NCBI GenBank assembly: GCA_045106895.1
Contig: JBGCFM010000062.1
Coordinates: forward strand, 113,745 to 177,744
Source: Polyangiales bacterium
Lineage (GTDB): Bacteria > Myxococcota_A > Polyangia > Polyangiales > Houyiibacteriaceae
Reading direction: 5' to 3'
Length of the DNA stretch: 64,000 nucleotides
The notes under the pieces are model-generated. The model saw only the letters and a program-made list of their open reading frames with translations. It was not told the DNA's origin and did no database searches. Positions 47,673-57,853 of the stretch are shown one piece after another (the stretch's first letter is position 1; the number at the start of each line of letters is the position of its first letter). The position numbers and the translations under genes were made by a program.

Positions 47673-48718
47673 GCCTCGGGCGGCGCCGGCGCGCGTCGTG
47701 TCATCCAGCTGTGCACGAGAGGCCAAATCGTCGTGACCGCGTCACGGCCGATGGTCAGATCTGCGTGACCGACGGGAAACACACGGAACGTCTTGTCCTT
47801 GCTGCCGCAGGTCTCGAGGGCCTTGTGCACGGACTCCGGCGGCGCGAGGTCATCACGATCTCCCGCCACACAGAGCAGCGGAACCTTGATGGCTTCAAAG
47901 GCCGTTCCGTAGTCGACGCGTCCGTCACGGCTTCGAAGGGCGACACGGTCGCCGCCGGCGATGATATCGAGGCCGATCTGAAGATTCGTTCGGTCGAAGG
48001 CGCGGCTCAGGTACTCATCGAGAACTTGGTCCTCAACATTTCCTGCTCGCCACGCGCGAATCGGCGTGGGGAAGAGCTTGCTGTCCCAGAGCCGACGGCG
48101 GCGGTGCAGATGCCGACCCAGCAAACGCGTGGGCAAATCGATGGTGCGGTCGAAAGCGCCCGTGAGGCGCGTGGTCTCAAGTACCGTGGAGAGCGCACGT
48201 AGGAGTCGCGAGCCGGCGCCGAAGCGATACGGGCTTCCGAGGGTAGCGATGGCGGCGACGCGCCCCTTGAGCGACGTCGCTCCGGCACAGTAGCTGATGA
48301 GGCCACCCATACTGTGACCCACGAGCATGACCTTCTTTTGGCCAGAGAGGGCCAGCGCTTCTTCGACGCAGGCGGGGATGTCCTCTTCGATGTAGTCATC
48401 GAGGGCTTGGGGACGTCGCCCGTCAAAGGACATCGAGCGACCTGCGCCGCGGAGGTCAACGTTGAAGACATCCCAGCCGTGGTGCGCAAGAAACGCCGAA
48501 AAAGAACGACTGGGCAAATGCCACGTGTAGCGATTCTGCGCGAAGCCGTGAATCAACATCACGGTTCCACGGCAGGGTTTCCCCTCTGCAACATCGGCGG
48601 CGCGACGTTTACGAACCATGCCGATAGGCTGGCCCTGAGTCATCAGGACTTCTTTCACGAACACGTCGCGAAAAGAGAAGTCGATGGACTGCTCGACTGT
48701 TTCGGTGCGAAGGATCAA
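47669..48718 (-). CDS. Alpha/beta hydrolase (lipase/esterase-like)
   Basis: HGFAQN, DLRGAG, GHSMGG nucleophile elbow, GDRDD, GHADL. Confidence 0.88.
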   Translation of the reverse strand: MILRTETVEQSIDFSFRDVFVKEVLMTQGQPIGMVRKRRAADVAEGKPCRGTVMLIHGFAQNRYTWHLPSRSFSAFLAHHGWDVFNVDLRGAGRSMSFDGRRPQALDDYIEEDIPACVEEALALSGQKKVMLVGHSMGGLISYCAGATSLKGRVAAIATLGSPYRFGAGSRLLRALSTVLETTRLTGAFDRTIDLPTRLLGRHLHRRRRLWDSKLFPTPIRAWRAGNVEDQVLDEYLSRAFDRTNLQIGLDIIAGGDRVALRSRDGRVDYGTAFEAIKVPLLCVAGDRDDLAPPESVHKALETCGSKDKTFRVFPVGHADLTIGRDAVTTIWPLVHSWMTRRAPAPPEA

Positions 48719-48732
48719 ACGCTGTTTCCGCG

Positions 48733-49272
48733 CTAACGGGCGAGGACTTCGACGAGGGCGCTGCGTACGGCGTCCTCATTTTCGACGCTCATGCGCGCCT
48801 GGAGGAGTTCACGCGCAACGGGTGCCCGCATGGCACCGAGGGCGCGAACCGCCGCTTCCCGAACCACGTATTCACTGTGGACCAAGAATGGACGTACGTC
48901 TTCGAGGGCACGGTCGCCAAAGGCGCGCCCGAGGCTCGACACCGCTTGACGGATGTAGAGGTCGCCCTGGCCAGGAGCCGAAGCGACTTCGAGGAGGAAC
49001 GCACGGGTTGCCGTGGTCGGGAAGTTGGCCGTCGCCGCGACAGCGCGCATTCGGACAAACCCTGGCTCGTTTGGGTCGTTGTAGAGGCCGATGAGGACCT
49101 CGACGGTCTCTGCGCCCAGAGCCCGCCACTGAATCTGACTCGGTCCCTGCTCAAACGAGCTCAGCATCGCGCGGACGGTGTCCCGGCTTGGAGCGTCGGC
49201 GCTCGCGGTAGTCGGGCTAAAGCCGAGATTCGCGGAAAGAACCAGCGAAAGAATGACGAGTAAGCGACCCAT
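48733..49272 (-). CDS. Exported HEAT-repeat protein
   Basis: Signal peptide ending ASA-D; VRMRAVAA, VVREAAVRALG, AVRSAL. Confidence 0.75.
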   Translation of the reverse strand: MGRLLVILSLVLSANLGFSPTTASADAPSRDTVRAMLSSFEQGPSQIQWRALGAETVEVLIGLYNDPNEPGFVRMRAVAATANFPTTATRAFLLEVASAPGQGDLYIRQAVSSLGRAFGDRALEDVRPFLVHSEYVVREAAVRALGAMRAPVARELLQARMSVENEDAVRSALVEVLAR

Positions 49273-49375
49273 ATGGGGCGAAACATAGCACCCAAGATGA
49301 CCCACCGCGAGCGTTCAGAATTGCCAGCACGCCAAACGGCTTTTTCGTGTGTAGGGAGCGGAAAACAGGCCCGAC

Positions 49376-51175
49376 TCAGGGGCAGGAGCCGCCTCCGCCG
49401 ACGACCCGCCCGCGCACCTCGTCGATGGCGGGGCCATTGGGAAAGACCGAGCAGTAACGCGTGTATGTGCGCAGGGCCTGGGCAAGATCGCCTGCTCGTT
49501 GATGACAGTCCCCTTCCAGCTTCAGCGCTGCGGCGGTCCGACGGCTCCCCATCTCATCGAGGAACTCCAAACATGCCGCGGTATTGCCGACGGAAAGCGC
49601 TTGGCGTGCATCGGAGAGAATGGCGCCCGTCGTTCGTGGAGCGACGGCCTCTTCAGGCTCCACGACAGGCGGCCGCCGCCGCATCGTCGAAGACATACGC
49701 GAGGGCTCGGGCTCTGCGGCCTCGCTGGGCTCGGGTGCAGGTTCTGGCTCTTGCGCCTCCGGCGTCGTTGGCTCTGGAGCCGGGTCCTCTGGTTGGGGCG
49801 GCTCGTCCGTTCCCGGCGGCTCGGCGTGCCCTAGCAGCGCGGGAGCCTCCGCTCCACGTGGTTCGGGTGCCTGCGGGGCGTCACCGCGGTTCATGAACCA
49901 GAGCGCGGCCCCGGCGGTCAGCGCGCCACCGATGAGCGCTGCCATGACCAACATCCAGGTCGGTGGCCGCGCAGCAGGAGGAACGTAGGCGGGCGCACTC
50001 GGCTGCTGAGCCGTCGCTTCCAAACGAGCAGGCTCAAAATGTGGCGCCGGCGGGGCAGCCTGGCTCGAAACGGGTGGGAGATCAGCGGGGAGAACGTGCC
50101 CTTTGGGATGGACAGGGGAGGTGTTCCAACCTCCACTCGCCGGCGGGTGCACCGGCTTCAACTCTTTCATTTCAGGAAAGGTGCCGGCGCGCAGAGCCTC
50201 CTCGGCGGGCGGCGTCGATGAAGCTGGCGGCGGGTTCGAGCTGGCCACCTCAGCGAGACCCACGGCTTCCATTCCACCAAAGAAGCTCGTGGCGAGGGCA
50301 CCTTTGGACGCGCTCTTTGTCGGGCGAGGGTCGACGACGCTCACCCACGCTTCGGCTAGCTCAAGGGCCGTCTCAAAGCGAGCATCGCGAGAGCGAGAAA
50401 TGGCCCTCATCACGACGGCTTCGAGGGCGGGGTCGATGGTCGGACAATAGGTGCGCAGCGGGACCGGTCGCCCGCGAATAATCGCGACGACGAGTTCGCT
50501 CGCGTTCACCCCGCCGAATGGAGGAGTGCCGGCGAGAGCTTCGTAGAGGATCACGCCCATCGCGTAGACGTCGATCCGCTGATCGACGTCGTCGTCCGCG
50601 GCGAGCTGCTCCGGCGCCATGTAGCGCGGCGTGCCTAGGATTTGTCCCGTGCGCGTGAGCTTCGCGAGACCAAACACCTTTGAGATGCCAAAATCGAGGA
50701 GCTTCACCTGGATCGGTTCGCCCACGAGAAACACGTTGTCCGGCTTCAGGTCGCGATGGATCACGTCGTTACGATGCGCGGCGGCGAGGCCGGCGGCGGC
50801 CCCCGTCACGACCGGCGAAAGGTCCTGTGGAGAGAGCTTGCCGTCTCGACGGATGCGCTCCCCAAGCGTCTCGCCTTTGAGCAACTCCATGGCGATGAAG
50901 ATGCGCCCGTCATCGAGCTTGCCGAAGGTCTCGATGCCCACGATGGCCGGGTGATCGAGCTTGCTGAGGACCTCCCCCTCGCGACGCAGCCTCGCCACCG
51001 CCTGCTCATCTTTGGCGATCTCTGGCTTGAGAAGCTTGAGCGCGATGGGTCGCTTCGTGGCCAAGTCAGTCGCGCGCACGACGTGCGCCATACCGCCCTG
51101 CCCAAGCGGACCTTCGACGCGAAAGCGGCCGGCGATGACAGTCCCCTTCGGGTCAGGCTGACGTTGTCTGCTCAT
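49376..51175 (-). CDS. Membrane Ser/Thr kinase (TM, Pro-rich linker, TPR-like C-terminus)
   Basis: GQGGMAHV, IALK, HRDLKPDN, DFG, APE; TM segment WMLVMAALIGGAL. Confidence 0.93.
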   Translation of the reverse strand: MSRQRQPDPKGTVIAGRFRVEGPLGQGGMAHVVRATDLATKRPIALKLLKPEIAKDEQAVARLRREGEVLSKLDHPAIVGIETFGKLDDGRIFIAMELLKGETLGERIRRDGKLSPQDLSPVVTGAAAGLAAAHRNDVIHRDLKPDNVFLVGEPIQVKLLDFGISKVFGLAKLTRTGQILGTPRYMAPEQLAADDDVDQRIDVYAMGVILYEALAGTPPFGGVNASELVVAIIRGRPVPLRTYCPTIDPALEAVVMRAISRSRDARFETALELAEAWVSVVDPRPTKSASKGALATSFFGGMEAVGLAEVASSNPPPASSTPPAEEALRAGTFPEMKELKPVHPPASGGWNTSPVHPKGHVLPADLPPVSSQAAPPAPHFEPARLEATAQQPSAPAYVPPAARPPTWMLVMAALIGGALTAGAALWFMNRGDAPQAPEPRGAEAPALLGHAEPPGTDEPPQPEDPAPEPTTPEAQEPEPAPEPSEAAEPEPSRMSSTMRRRPPVVEPEEAVAPRTTGAILSDARQALSVGNTAACLEFLDEMGSRRTAAALKLEGDCHQRAGDLAQALRTYTRYCSVFPNGPAIDEVRGRVVGGGGSCP

Positions 51176-51210
51176 GCTCTTGGGTATATTCGGCCGGCGT
51201 CGTGGCTACG

Positions 51211-51915
51211 TCAATTGCTGTAGCGCGTCATGACGCGATCCCGCCATCTCACGAGGTCCCCGAAGCGCTCCTCGAGGCCGGGCTCGGCCCAGATCCGCTC
51301 CGTCGCGGGTCCTCGTGAGCGAAGCGGCGCCGGCTTCACGAAGTCGATAACAAAAGACATCGCGATGTCGGCGTAGCTGAACTCATCCAGGATTGTGTCC
51401 CCCCCGGCGAGGGCGGCCCGCAGCTCTTCGAGAATCTCCACGAGACGGGTCTCGCCGCCCGCGGGGTACTTCTTCAGGAGACGACGCGTGGCGAGTCGCG
51501 CGACTGGGGTGAGGGAAGAAATGAGGGGCTTTGGCACGAGACCCCGAAGGTTCTCCTGCTGGGCCTCGTTGTCGCCCAGCACGCGCTGTAGCGCCCCCCG
51601 CCTTCCCGCGGCCAAGGCCTCGTCGCTCAGGGCGTTCCAGCGCGCGCAGCTCGGCTCATCTTCGAAGAGCGGGCTCCCATTGCCAAGGGCCTCCGCATGG
51701 CGGGCGATATCGTACGAGTCCCGCACCACATGCTCGTCATCGAAGAGAATCGGGACGGTGACTTTTCCGCCGATCTGCCGGAGCCGCGCCCGAAGGAGAA
51801 CCTCGTCAAAGGGGATCTTGTAGGGGCGACGCTCGTATTCGACCTGGTGGTGGGCCATCGCCATCCGGGCCTTACGAGACCATGGCGAGTACGAGATGTA
51901 CCAAAGCGTACGCAT
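51211..51915 (-). CDS. Glutathione S-transferase family protein
   Basis: YSPWSRKARMAM, TVPILFD, DSYDIARH, FSYADI. Confidence 0.85.
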   Translation of the reverse strand: MRTLWYISYSPWSRKARMAMAHHQVEYERRPYKIPFDEVLLRARLRQIGGKVTVPILFDDEHVVRDSYDIARHAEALGNGSPLFEDEPSCARWNALSDEALAAGRRGALQRVLGDNEAQQENLRGLVPKPLISSLTPVARLATRRLLKKYPAGGETRLVEILEELRAALAGGDTILDEFSYADIAMSFVIDFVKPAPLRSRGPATERIWAEPGLEERFGDLVRWRDRVMTRYSN

Positions 51916-51998
51916 GTCGGGTCTATAGCTCCACTCTTCTTTGTTGGGTGAACTTTTCGGAAGTTTCCTCGCCGCGATCCGTTCCGTATGCTGCGCCC

Positions 51999-52544
51999 AT
52001 GAGACTCCTCTCCGCGGCGCTCCTTCTTTCTTTCGCGAGCTTCTCGGCGGCCCACGCCCAGGACGTGCCGGAGACGGAGCCTGAGCGCGACACCCCAGCG
52101 AATGCCGAAGCGAGTGCACAGCCGCCGCCGCCTCCCGACGCGTTCCTGCTCGTGACGGTCAACGTCCCCGGAGCAAACATCGTCGTCGACGAGAATCAGA
52201 CCATCGCGGCGCCGGCATCGGCCCTCCGCATCCCGGCGGGCACTCACACGATCGCGGTAAGCGCCGAGGGATACGAGGCGTTCCAACAGTCCATTCAGGT
52301 TCCAAGCGAAGGAGCGCGCGTGGATGTGTACCTCGACCGGAGCGCGTCACTCACCGCTCGTATGGAACGCGACGACACCTACGAGTCCAGCGAAGATAGC
52401 GTGCACCAGAAGTGGTGGTTCTGGGCGGCCATCGGCGGAGGCGTCGTCGTCGTCGCGGGCGTCATCGCGGCCATCGCGCTGGCGAGCGGCGGCGATGACG
52501 GCCAAGAGGTCATTCCGGTCCCGCCCATCCCGGGAGGTCCATGA
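51999..52544 (+). CDS. PEGA domain protein
   Basis: Signal peptide ending AHA-Q; NVPGANIVVD...PAGTHTIAVSAEGY; KWWFW followed by a TM. Confidence 0.8.
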   Translation: MRLLSAALLLSFASFSAAHAQDVPETEPERDTPANAEASAQPPPPPDAFLLVTVNVPGANIVVDENQTIAAPASALRIPAGTHTIAVSAEGYEAFQQSIQVPSEGARVDVYLDRSASLTARMERDDTYESSEDSVHQKWWFWAAIGGGVVVVAGVIAAIALASGGDDGQEVIPVPPIPGGP

Positions 52545-53065
52545 TGCGCTGTGTGCTGATGATCGGCGCCCTTGTCGCCCTGAGTTGCGGGTCCTCGAAC
52601 CCCGACGCCTTTGTTCTTGAGCTTGTCTCAGCCTCGACGGACAGCGGCCGACAGGCCGTCGCCCTCGCCGCCGTGGACGAGATCCGCGTGCGCCTGGACC
52701 CCATGGCAAACGTTCGCTTCGAGGCGCGCAGTGAGATGGTCTATGAAGAGGGGGACCTGCTCACCCGTGTGTCGGCGGAGGGCGAGTTCATCATTACGCT
52801 CCTGCGCCCATATCTCGACAGCTACGCGTCCGTCGTCGGCGATGGCTTTTCGGTGTCGCTCCCCTTGGCGATGGAGTCACCGATGAGCGGCACCTCGCAG
52901 CCGCCGGTCCTCGTCGTCGAGTTTCTCCAGCGAAACCGAGACGGCACGGAGACCATCGCGGAGCGACGAGAGATCATCGAGTGGCCCATCGAGAGCGGGA
53001 GCACGTCCCTCGTTCTGACCTGCAGCGATGGCTTTGAGCCCAAGTGCGCAAACGAGCGTCCGTAA
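52541..53065 (+). CDS. Hypothetical lipoprotein
   Basis: ATGA overlap; lipobox ALSC. Confidence 0.7.
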   Translation: MMRCVLMIGALVALSCGSSNPDAFVLELVSASTDSGRQAVALAAVDEIRVRLDPMANVRFEARSEMVYEEGDLLTRVSAEGEFIITLLRPYLDSYASVVGDGFSVSLPLAMESPMSGTSQPPVLVVEFLQRNRDGTETIAERREIIEWPIESGSTSLVLTCSDGFEPKCANERP

Positions 53066-53066
53066 G

Positions 53067-54116
53067 ATGCAACGAATTCGTATCAAGCCGCGGCATGCGC
53101 TCGCCTCTCTCCTGCTTTTGACCGCCGCCTGCGGCGGGCGCGCCTACCCCGTCGCTCGCGTCGTGGAGGGCGAAGTCCACGTGGGGGTCTTCGTCTCGCC
53201 CTACGCTTACGAGCACTTCATGCAGGCCGAGCTTGCAGTGGCCGCCGGCGACGACGAGACGGCGCTGCGCGAATACGCCCTCGCTCGAACGGGCCCTGCC
53301 GATGACGCCTATGTCATCGCTCGTCAGGCCGCGGCGGCGCTCCGTCTTGGCCGAATGGACGAGGTGGACTCTCTGCTGGGAGCGGGCGTCGCCCTCGACC
53401 CCGAGTCCGAGCCCATCGCACTGATGATGGGCCGAGTCGCCGAGCGCCGAAGTGAGTTCGACGACGCCGCGCAACACTACGCGGACGCCCACCGTTTTGC
53501 GCCGAACTCGACGGAGCCAGCGCAACGGCTGGCGATGCTCCTGCCTCGAAGCGAGGCGGCGGCGCGCGTGCTCGCCTCCATCACACAAACAGCGAGTCGC
53601 CCCATCGCACTTCGCGCACGCCTCGCGTTGGCGATCCATCAACAGGACGCAGACCTTGCCGCCGAGACCGCTCTTGCGCTCATGCGCGTGGCGCCGGTGT
53701 TCGCCACGGAGCTCCTCGCGACGGCACGCACGCAGGTGGAAGAAGGACGCCCCACCATGGCGTTGCGACTTCTCGAACACCCCGCCCTTCAGGTCGCCGC
53801 GACGATGCCCTTGCGTCTGCGCGCCTTGTCCGCGACGGAACAAAACGAAGCCGCACGCGCGATGGTGCTCTCCTATTCCGGGGCCGCCTCCCCTTCGCAA
53901 CGAGCGCACTGGTGGTGGCTCTGTGGCGACTCCGAGCTCGCGCTGGCGGAGGCCCTGCAGGCCATCGAGAGCGGGGACGCGGAGGCGAACTATTGGGCTG
54001 GACTCTCCGCGGCCCAGCTCGGAGACGCCGCGGCTTCCGCTCGCTACCTCGGCCTGGTCCCGGAAACATCACCGCACCACGAGGCGGCACGCGCCGCGCT
54101 CACACAACTCGACTAG
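53067..54116 (+). CDS. TPR-like lipoprotein
   Basis: Lipobox TAAC; AYEHFMQAELA; helical Ala-rich repeats. Confidence 0.75.
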   Translation: MQRIRIKPRHALASLLLLTAACGGRAYPVARVVEGEVHVGVFVSPYAYEHFMQAELAVAAGDDETALREYALARTGPADDAYVIARQAAAALRLGRMDEVDSLLGAGVALDPESEPIALMMGRVAERRSEFDDAAQHYADAHRFAPNSTEPAQRLAMLLPRSEAAARVLASITQTASRPIALRARLALAIHQQDADLAAETALALMRVAPVFATELLATARTQVEEGRPTMALRLLEHPALQVAATMPLRLRALSATEQNEAARAMVLSYSGAASPSQRAHWWWLCGDSELALAEALQAIESGDAEANYWAGLSAAQLGDAAASARYLGLVPETSPHHEAARAALTQLD

Positions 54117-54841
54117 CAGACGCGGGCGCGGGTCGCTTCGAGGAGGTCCGTCGGCGCGTCGTCTCCGTTGACAACGAGCACACCGAAACGGAACGAGTCG
54201 CAGACTCCGGCGATTCTGCCAACGACGAGCGCGACGCCGGTCTCATCCGCCTCGGGGAGCAAGACCACCACTTCGCCCGGCGCCGTTCGATACGCCTGGT
54301 CCGACTCCCGAATAAACCCAAGGCAGCGCGGCAACTCGTTGCTCACGAGGTTCTGCTCACCGTGGATCACAACGCAACCAAGGGGGCGGCGGTAGCGCTG
54401 CGCCTGCGTCACCTCATACGGCAACGAGACACGAAGTTGTGAGAGGTTCCCGGCGCTTCGATCGCCTGTGACTGCACGCATCGCCCGGCTAGAACGGCGA
54501 CGGCGACGTGATTCTTGAGCGTTGCGCAGAAGTCGACGCAGGACGCGCTGAACTTCGTCGACGCGAAGGGGCTCGCCGAGGCAGGCCGTGAGACCTTTGG
54601 TGGCTTCCCCAATACCGACGATTGGAACTTCCCCGAGTTCGCGATCCGCGCGCAGGATCGGAATGATCATCGCGCATTCTTCGTCGATGATGAGCAATGA
54701 CGCGGGGTCCCGAGCCATCACCGTGAGCGCAGTTTCCGTGTCGGACGCGAGGATCACTTCGTGGCCCGCGGTCTCGCAGGCCTCCTGAATCAACTCCATC
54801 CGAAACGGGTCGGAGACCGCCACCAAGACGATGGACTTCAA
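54113..54841 (-). CDS. Atypical receiver + degenerate GGDEF domain protein
   Basis: REC-like N-terminus (LLIID); EVTQAQRYRRPLGCVVI...IRESDQAYRTAPGEVVVLLP (RxxD intact, GGDEF replaced by APGEV). Confidence 0.72.
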   Translation of the reverse strand: MKSIVLVAVSDPFRMELIQEACETAGHEVILASDTETALTVMARDPASLLIIDEECAMIIPILRADRELGEVPIVGIGEATKGLTACLGEPLRVDEVQRVLRRLLRNAQESRRRRRSSRAMRAVTGDRSAGNLSQLRVSLPYEVTQAQRYRRPLGCVVIHGEQNLVSNELPRCLGFIRESDQAYRTAPGEVVVLLPEADETGVALVVGRIAGVCDSFRFGVLVVNGDDAPTDLLEATRARVC

Positions 54842-56001
54842 GGTCGCTTCTTCCCCGCGCTCTCCAATCCGTAAGTCTGGACCTTGCGGATCAGGTTGCG
54901 CCTGGAGATTCCGAGCGCTTCAGCAGCGCGGGTCTTGTTGCCCTTGGAAGCTCGGAGGCCTTCGGCGATCATCTGTCGTTCGAGCGCTTCGACGGCAGCC
55001 GGAAGCGTCTGCCCGGGGGTGATCGCCGGACCGCTCATCGGCGCGTTCGCGGCACCGCCGGCACGCCCGCTGCCGGGCTGTCCCACGGCGGGGCTGAGGT
55101 GCTCTTCGCCGACTAACTCGTCGGTTCCGCTAAGGACCCAGAGCCGCTCGATCTCGTTTTCAAGCTCGCGAACGTTACCCGGCCACCGGTGTCCCATAAG
55201 GCGGTCGAGGGCACCGCGACTCAACGTCTTGGTGCGTTTATCCCGCTCGCTGAGTCTCTCGAGGAAGTGCTGTACCAAGCGAGGAATATCATCGAGTCGC
55301 TCTCGGAGAGGAGGGACCCGCAGCGCGACCACATGCAGTCGGTAGTAGAGGTCCTCGCGGAACGTCCCGTCACGAACCATTTGCTGCACGTCACGGTTCG
55401 TCGCCGCGATGATGCGCACGTCGACCTTGCGGTGCTCCGTCGCGCCCACGGGCAGGAACATGCCTTCTTGAAGCACGCGCAAGAGCTTCACCTGAAGCGC
55501 CGGCGACATGTCACCGACTTCGTCGAGGAAGAACGTGCCGTTGTCCGCGACCTGAAAGAGACCGGGCTTATCACTGACGGCTCCGGTGAACGCACCTCGG
55601 CGATGACCGAAGAGCTCACTCTCGAGGAGGTTGTCGTTGAACGCGCTGCAGTTCGTGGCGACGAAGCGCTGCTTGTTGCGTGTGGACTGATCATGAATGG
55701 AGCGGGCGACGAGCTCCTTGCCCGTGCCGTTCTCGCCTTGGATCAATACCGTCGCGCTCGAGTTCCGAATGCGCTGGAGCATTCGAAAGAGCTCCAACAT
55801 CGGAGCGCTCTTGCCGACGATGCCCGTCTCGGAGAGGGCCCCTTGGGCTTCCAACGAGTTTGTCTCTTGCGCGCGAGCGATAGCGCCCGCTGCCGCATCG
55901 AGACCTGCGACGGCGAGTCGCTGAGTGGCTTCCGGCGAGTCGACTTCGAGGCGAACCTTCGTGCCGTCGCTGAGCTGAGTTTCTACCTGGGATTCAGCCA
56001 T
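54838..56001 (-). CDS. Sigma54-dependent enhancer-binding protein (AAA+ and Fis HTH) without a recognisable N-terminal sensor
   Basis: GENGTGKE, ESELFGH, GAFTGA, FLDEVG, WPGNVRELEN, GNKTRAAEALGISR. Confidence 0.93.
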   Translation of the reverse strand: MAESQVETQLSDGTKVRLEVDSPEATQRLAVAGLDAAAGAIARAQETNSLEAQGALSETGIVGKSAPMLELFRMLQRIRNSSATVLIQGENGTGKELVARSIHDQSTRNKQRFVATNCSAFNDNLLESELFGHRRGAFTGAVSDKPGLFQVADNGTFFLDEVGDMSPALQVKLLRVLQEGMFLPVGATEHRKVDVRIIAATNRDVQQMVRDGTFREDLYYRLHVVALRVPPLRERLDDIPRLVQHFLERLSERDKRTKTLSRGALDRLMGHRWPGNVRELENEIERLWVLSGTDELVGEEHLSPAVGQPGSGRAGGAANAPMSGPAITPGQTLPAAVEALERQMIAEGLRASKGNKTRAAEALGISRRNLIRKVQTYGLESAGKKRP

Positions 56002-56181
56002 TGGGGGCGGAAGCTACCATGACATCCTGGCGCAGCCAAACCCGGACGCACTCTTTTCTTCGAAAGCCCCCCCCGAAATTACCAATCATTTCAGTTGGAA
56101 AGCGAGGTGCGACGAATAGGCTCGATCGCCTGCCTCGCCTCGCCTCGCCTCTGGCGAGAGGACTGATAGGGTTCCCGCCGA

Positions 56182-57834
56182 ATGGGCGTCGTTTACTTCG
56201 TTGTGCTGGTTGGGGCACTCGTGTTCGTCCACGAATTGGGCCACTTTCTCTTCGCGAAGGCTTTTGGCGTCAAGGTCCTCAAGTTCTCCGTGGGATTTGG
56301 CCCGGCCATCGCGGGCTTTCGCGCTGGAGAGACCGAATACGTCCTCGGAATTGTCCCCATCGGCGGCTACGTCCGCATGTGGGGGGAGCTCCCCGGCGAC
56401 AAAGTTCGCGAAGAAGACAAAGAGCGCAGCTTCGACGGCCGCCCCCTGTGGCAACGGGCCGCCATCGTCCTCGCGGGTCCGGCGATGAACCTTCTCTTTC
56501 CGCTGCTTCTTTTCTTCGTGGTGTTCCTCGGGGACGATCGCCTGACGCCTCCAACGGTGGGCACGGTTTTTCCAGGACGCCCCGCCGATGGCGTCTTGTT
56601 CACCGGAGACGAAGTTCTCTCCATCGACGGCGAAGAAGTCGCGACCTTCGAGGATGTCCGCAACGAGATCCGGGACCGCCCTGGTGAGACGTTACGCATG
56701 ACTCTTCAGCGCGGCGAAGAGCAGATCCAGGTGGAACTAACGCCGGCGGAGACCGAACACTTTCTTGAACTTGAGCGCGTGGAGACCATCGGCCGCGTGG
56801 GCATCGATCCGTACCGGCGCAGTCCTGTGATCGGCGTCATTCCAGGTGGCGCCGCGCATGCCGCCGGGCTTCGCTCCTTCGATGTCGTCGTGGCCGTCCA
56901 AGGGACGCCCGTCGACGACTACGAAGACCTCAGCGCGGCGCTGGAGAACACGCCGTCTCTCGTGTCGATTACCTACCTGCGGCCCGAGCGAATGCGCAGC
57001 CTCGGCGGACTCGTGGAGCTTGCCACCTTTACGCCCCACGTCGCGAATGTGAACCCGACGCGGACGCGCGCGGAGGGCCCCCTTCGCATCGGCATCGAGC
57101 CCGCCGACCTCTACGTGCACCGCGTCGAGATCGACTCGCCGGAGGCGCGCCTTGGACTTCAGCCCGGCGACCGAATCATCGCCCTCGACGGCCGAGTCAT
57201 GCGCCTTTGGCCAAGCTTCGTGGCGGGTCTTCGCGCCAGCCCCGGCGAAGCTCACACGCTCTTATGGCGCCGCGGCCAAGAACTCCACGAGGGCACCCTG
57301 ACGCTTGAGCAGCAGCGCGGCGTGACGGAGCACGGACAAGCATACGAGCGCACCCATCTGGCCATGAGCGGCTGGATGCCACTGCGCGTCGATGACGCGG
57401 TGGAAAACCCCAGCGTGTTCACCCACGCGTGCCGGCGTGCGTGGGAAGAGACCTCCGAGATGGTCTCCCTCACGGTGACCTCCGTGCTTCGCCTCTTCCA
57501 AGGCCGCGTGGGCGTCTCGACGATCGGTGGACCGCTGATGATGTTTGACGCCGCCGGAGAAGCCGCGGAGCAAGGCGCCACCAACTACCTGAAGCTCATG
57601 GCGTTCATCAGCGTCAACCTGGGGCTGCTCAACCTCTTGCCGATCCCGCTTCTCGACGGTGGTCAGCTCATGTTCCTGGCCGTCGAGGCCACCACCCGAC
57701 GACGAATCGGCGTTCGCATTCGGCGCATCGCCTCCATCATCGGCTTCTTCATCCTCTTGCTCCTGATGGGGCTCGCCATCAAGAACGACGTTGACCGACT
57801 CTTCCCCGGTGATGAAAGCGCACACGTGCGATGA
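56182..57834 (+). CDS. rseP: RIP metalloprotease RseP (S2P/M50) with PDZ domains
   Basis: HELGH, FSVGFG, GGYVRM, AGPAMN, NLLPIPLLDGG; about 3 PDZ-like repeats. Confidence 0.92.
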   Translation: MGVVYFVVLVGALVFVHELGHFLFAKAFGVKVLKFSVGFGPAIAGFRAGETEYVLGIVPIGGYVRMWGELPGDKVREEDKERSFDGRPLWQRAAIVLAGPAMNLLFPLLLFFVVFLGDDRLTPPTVGTVFPGRPADGVLFTGDEVLSIDGEEVATFEDVRNEIRDRPGETLRMTLQRGEEQIQVELTPAETEHFLELERVETIGRVGIDPYRRSPVIGVIPGGAAHAAGLRSFDVVVAVQGTPVDDYEDLSAALENTPSLVSITYLRPERMRSLGGLVELATFTPHVANVNPTRTRAEGPLRIGIEPADLYVHRVEIDSPEARLGLQPGDRIIALDGRVMRLWPSFVAGLRASPGEAHTLLWRRGQELHEGTLTLEQQRGVTEHGQAYERTHLAMSGWMPLRVDDAVENPSVFTHACRRAWEETSEMVSLTVTSVLRLFQGRVGVSTIGGPLMMFDAAGEAAEQGATNYLKLMAFISVNLGLLNLLPIPLLDGGQLMFLAVEATTRRRIGVRIRRIASIIGFFILLLLMGLAIKNDVDRLFPGDESAHVR

Positions 57835-57853
57835 GTCCGAAAGAAAACACACC

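Noticed and set aside
47669..48718. PHA synthase
   Set aside because: The nucleophile is Ser (GHSMGG), not the Cys lipase box of PhaC.
56128..56151. Short (CCTCG)n repeat between the EBP and rseP genes
   Set aside because: Only about 3-4 imperfect units in GC-rich DNA; no evidence of function.
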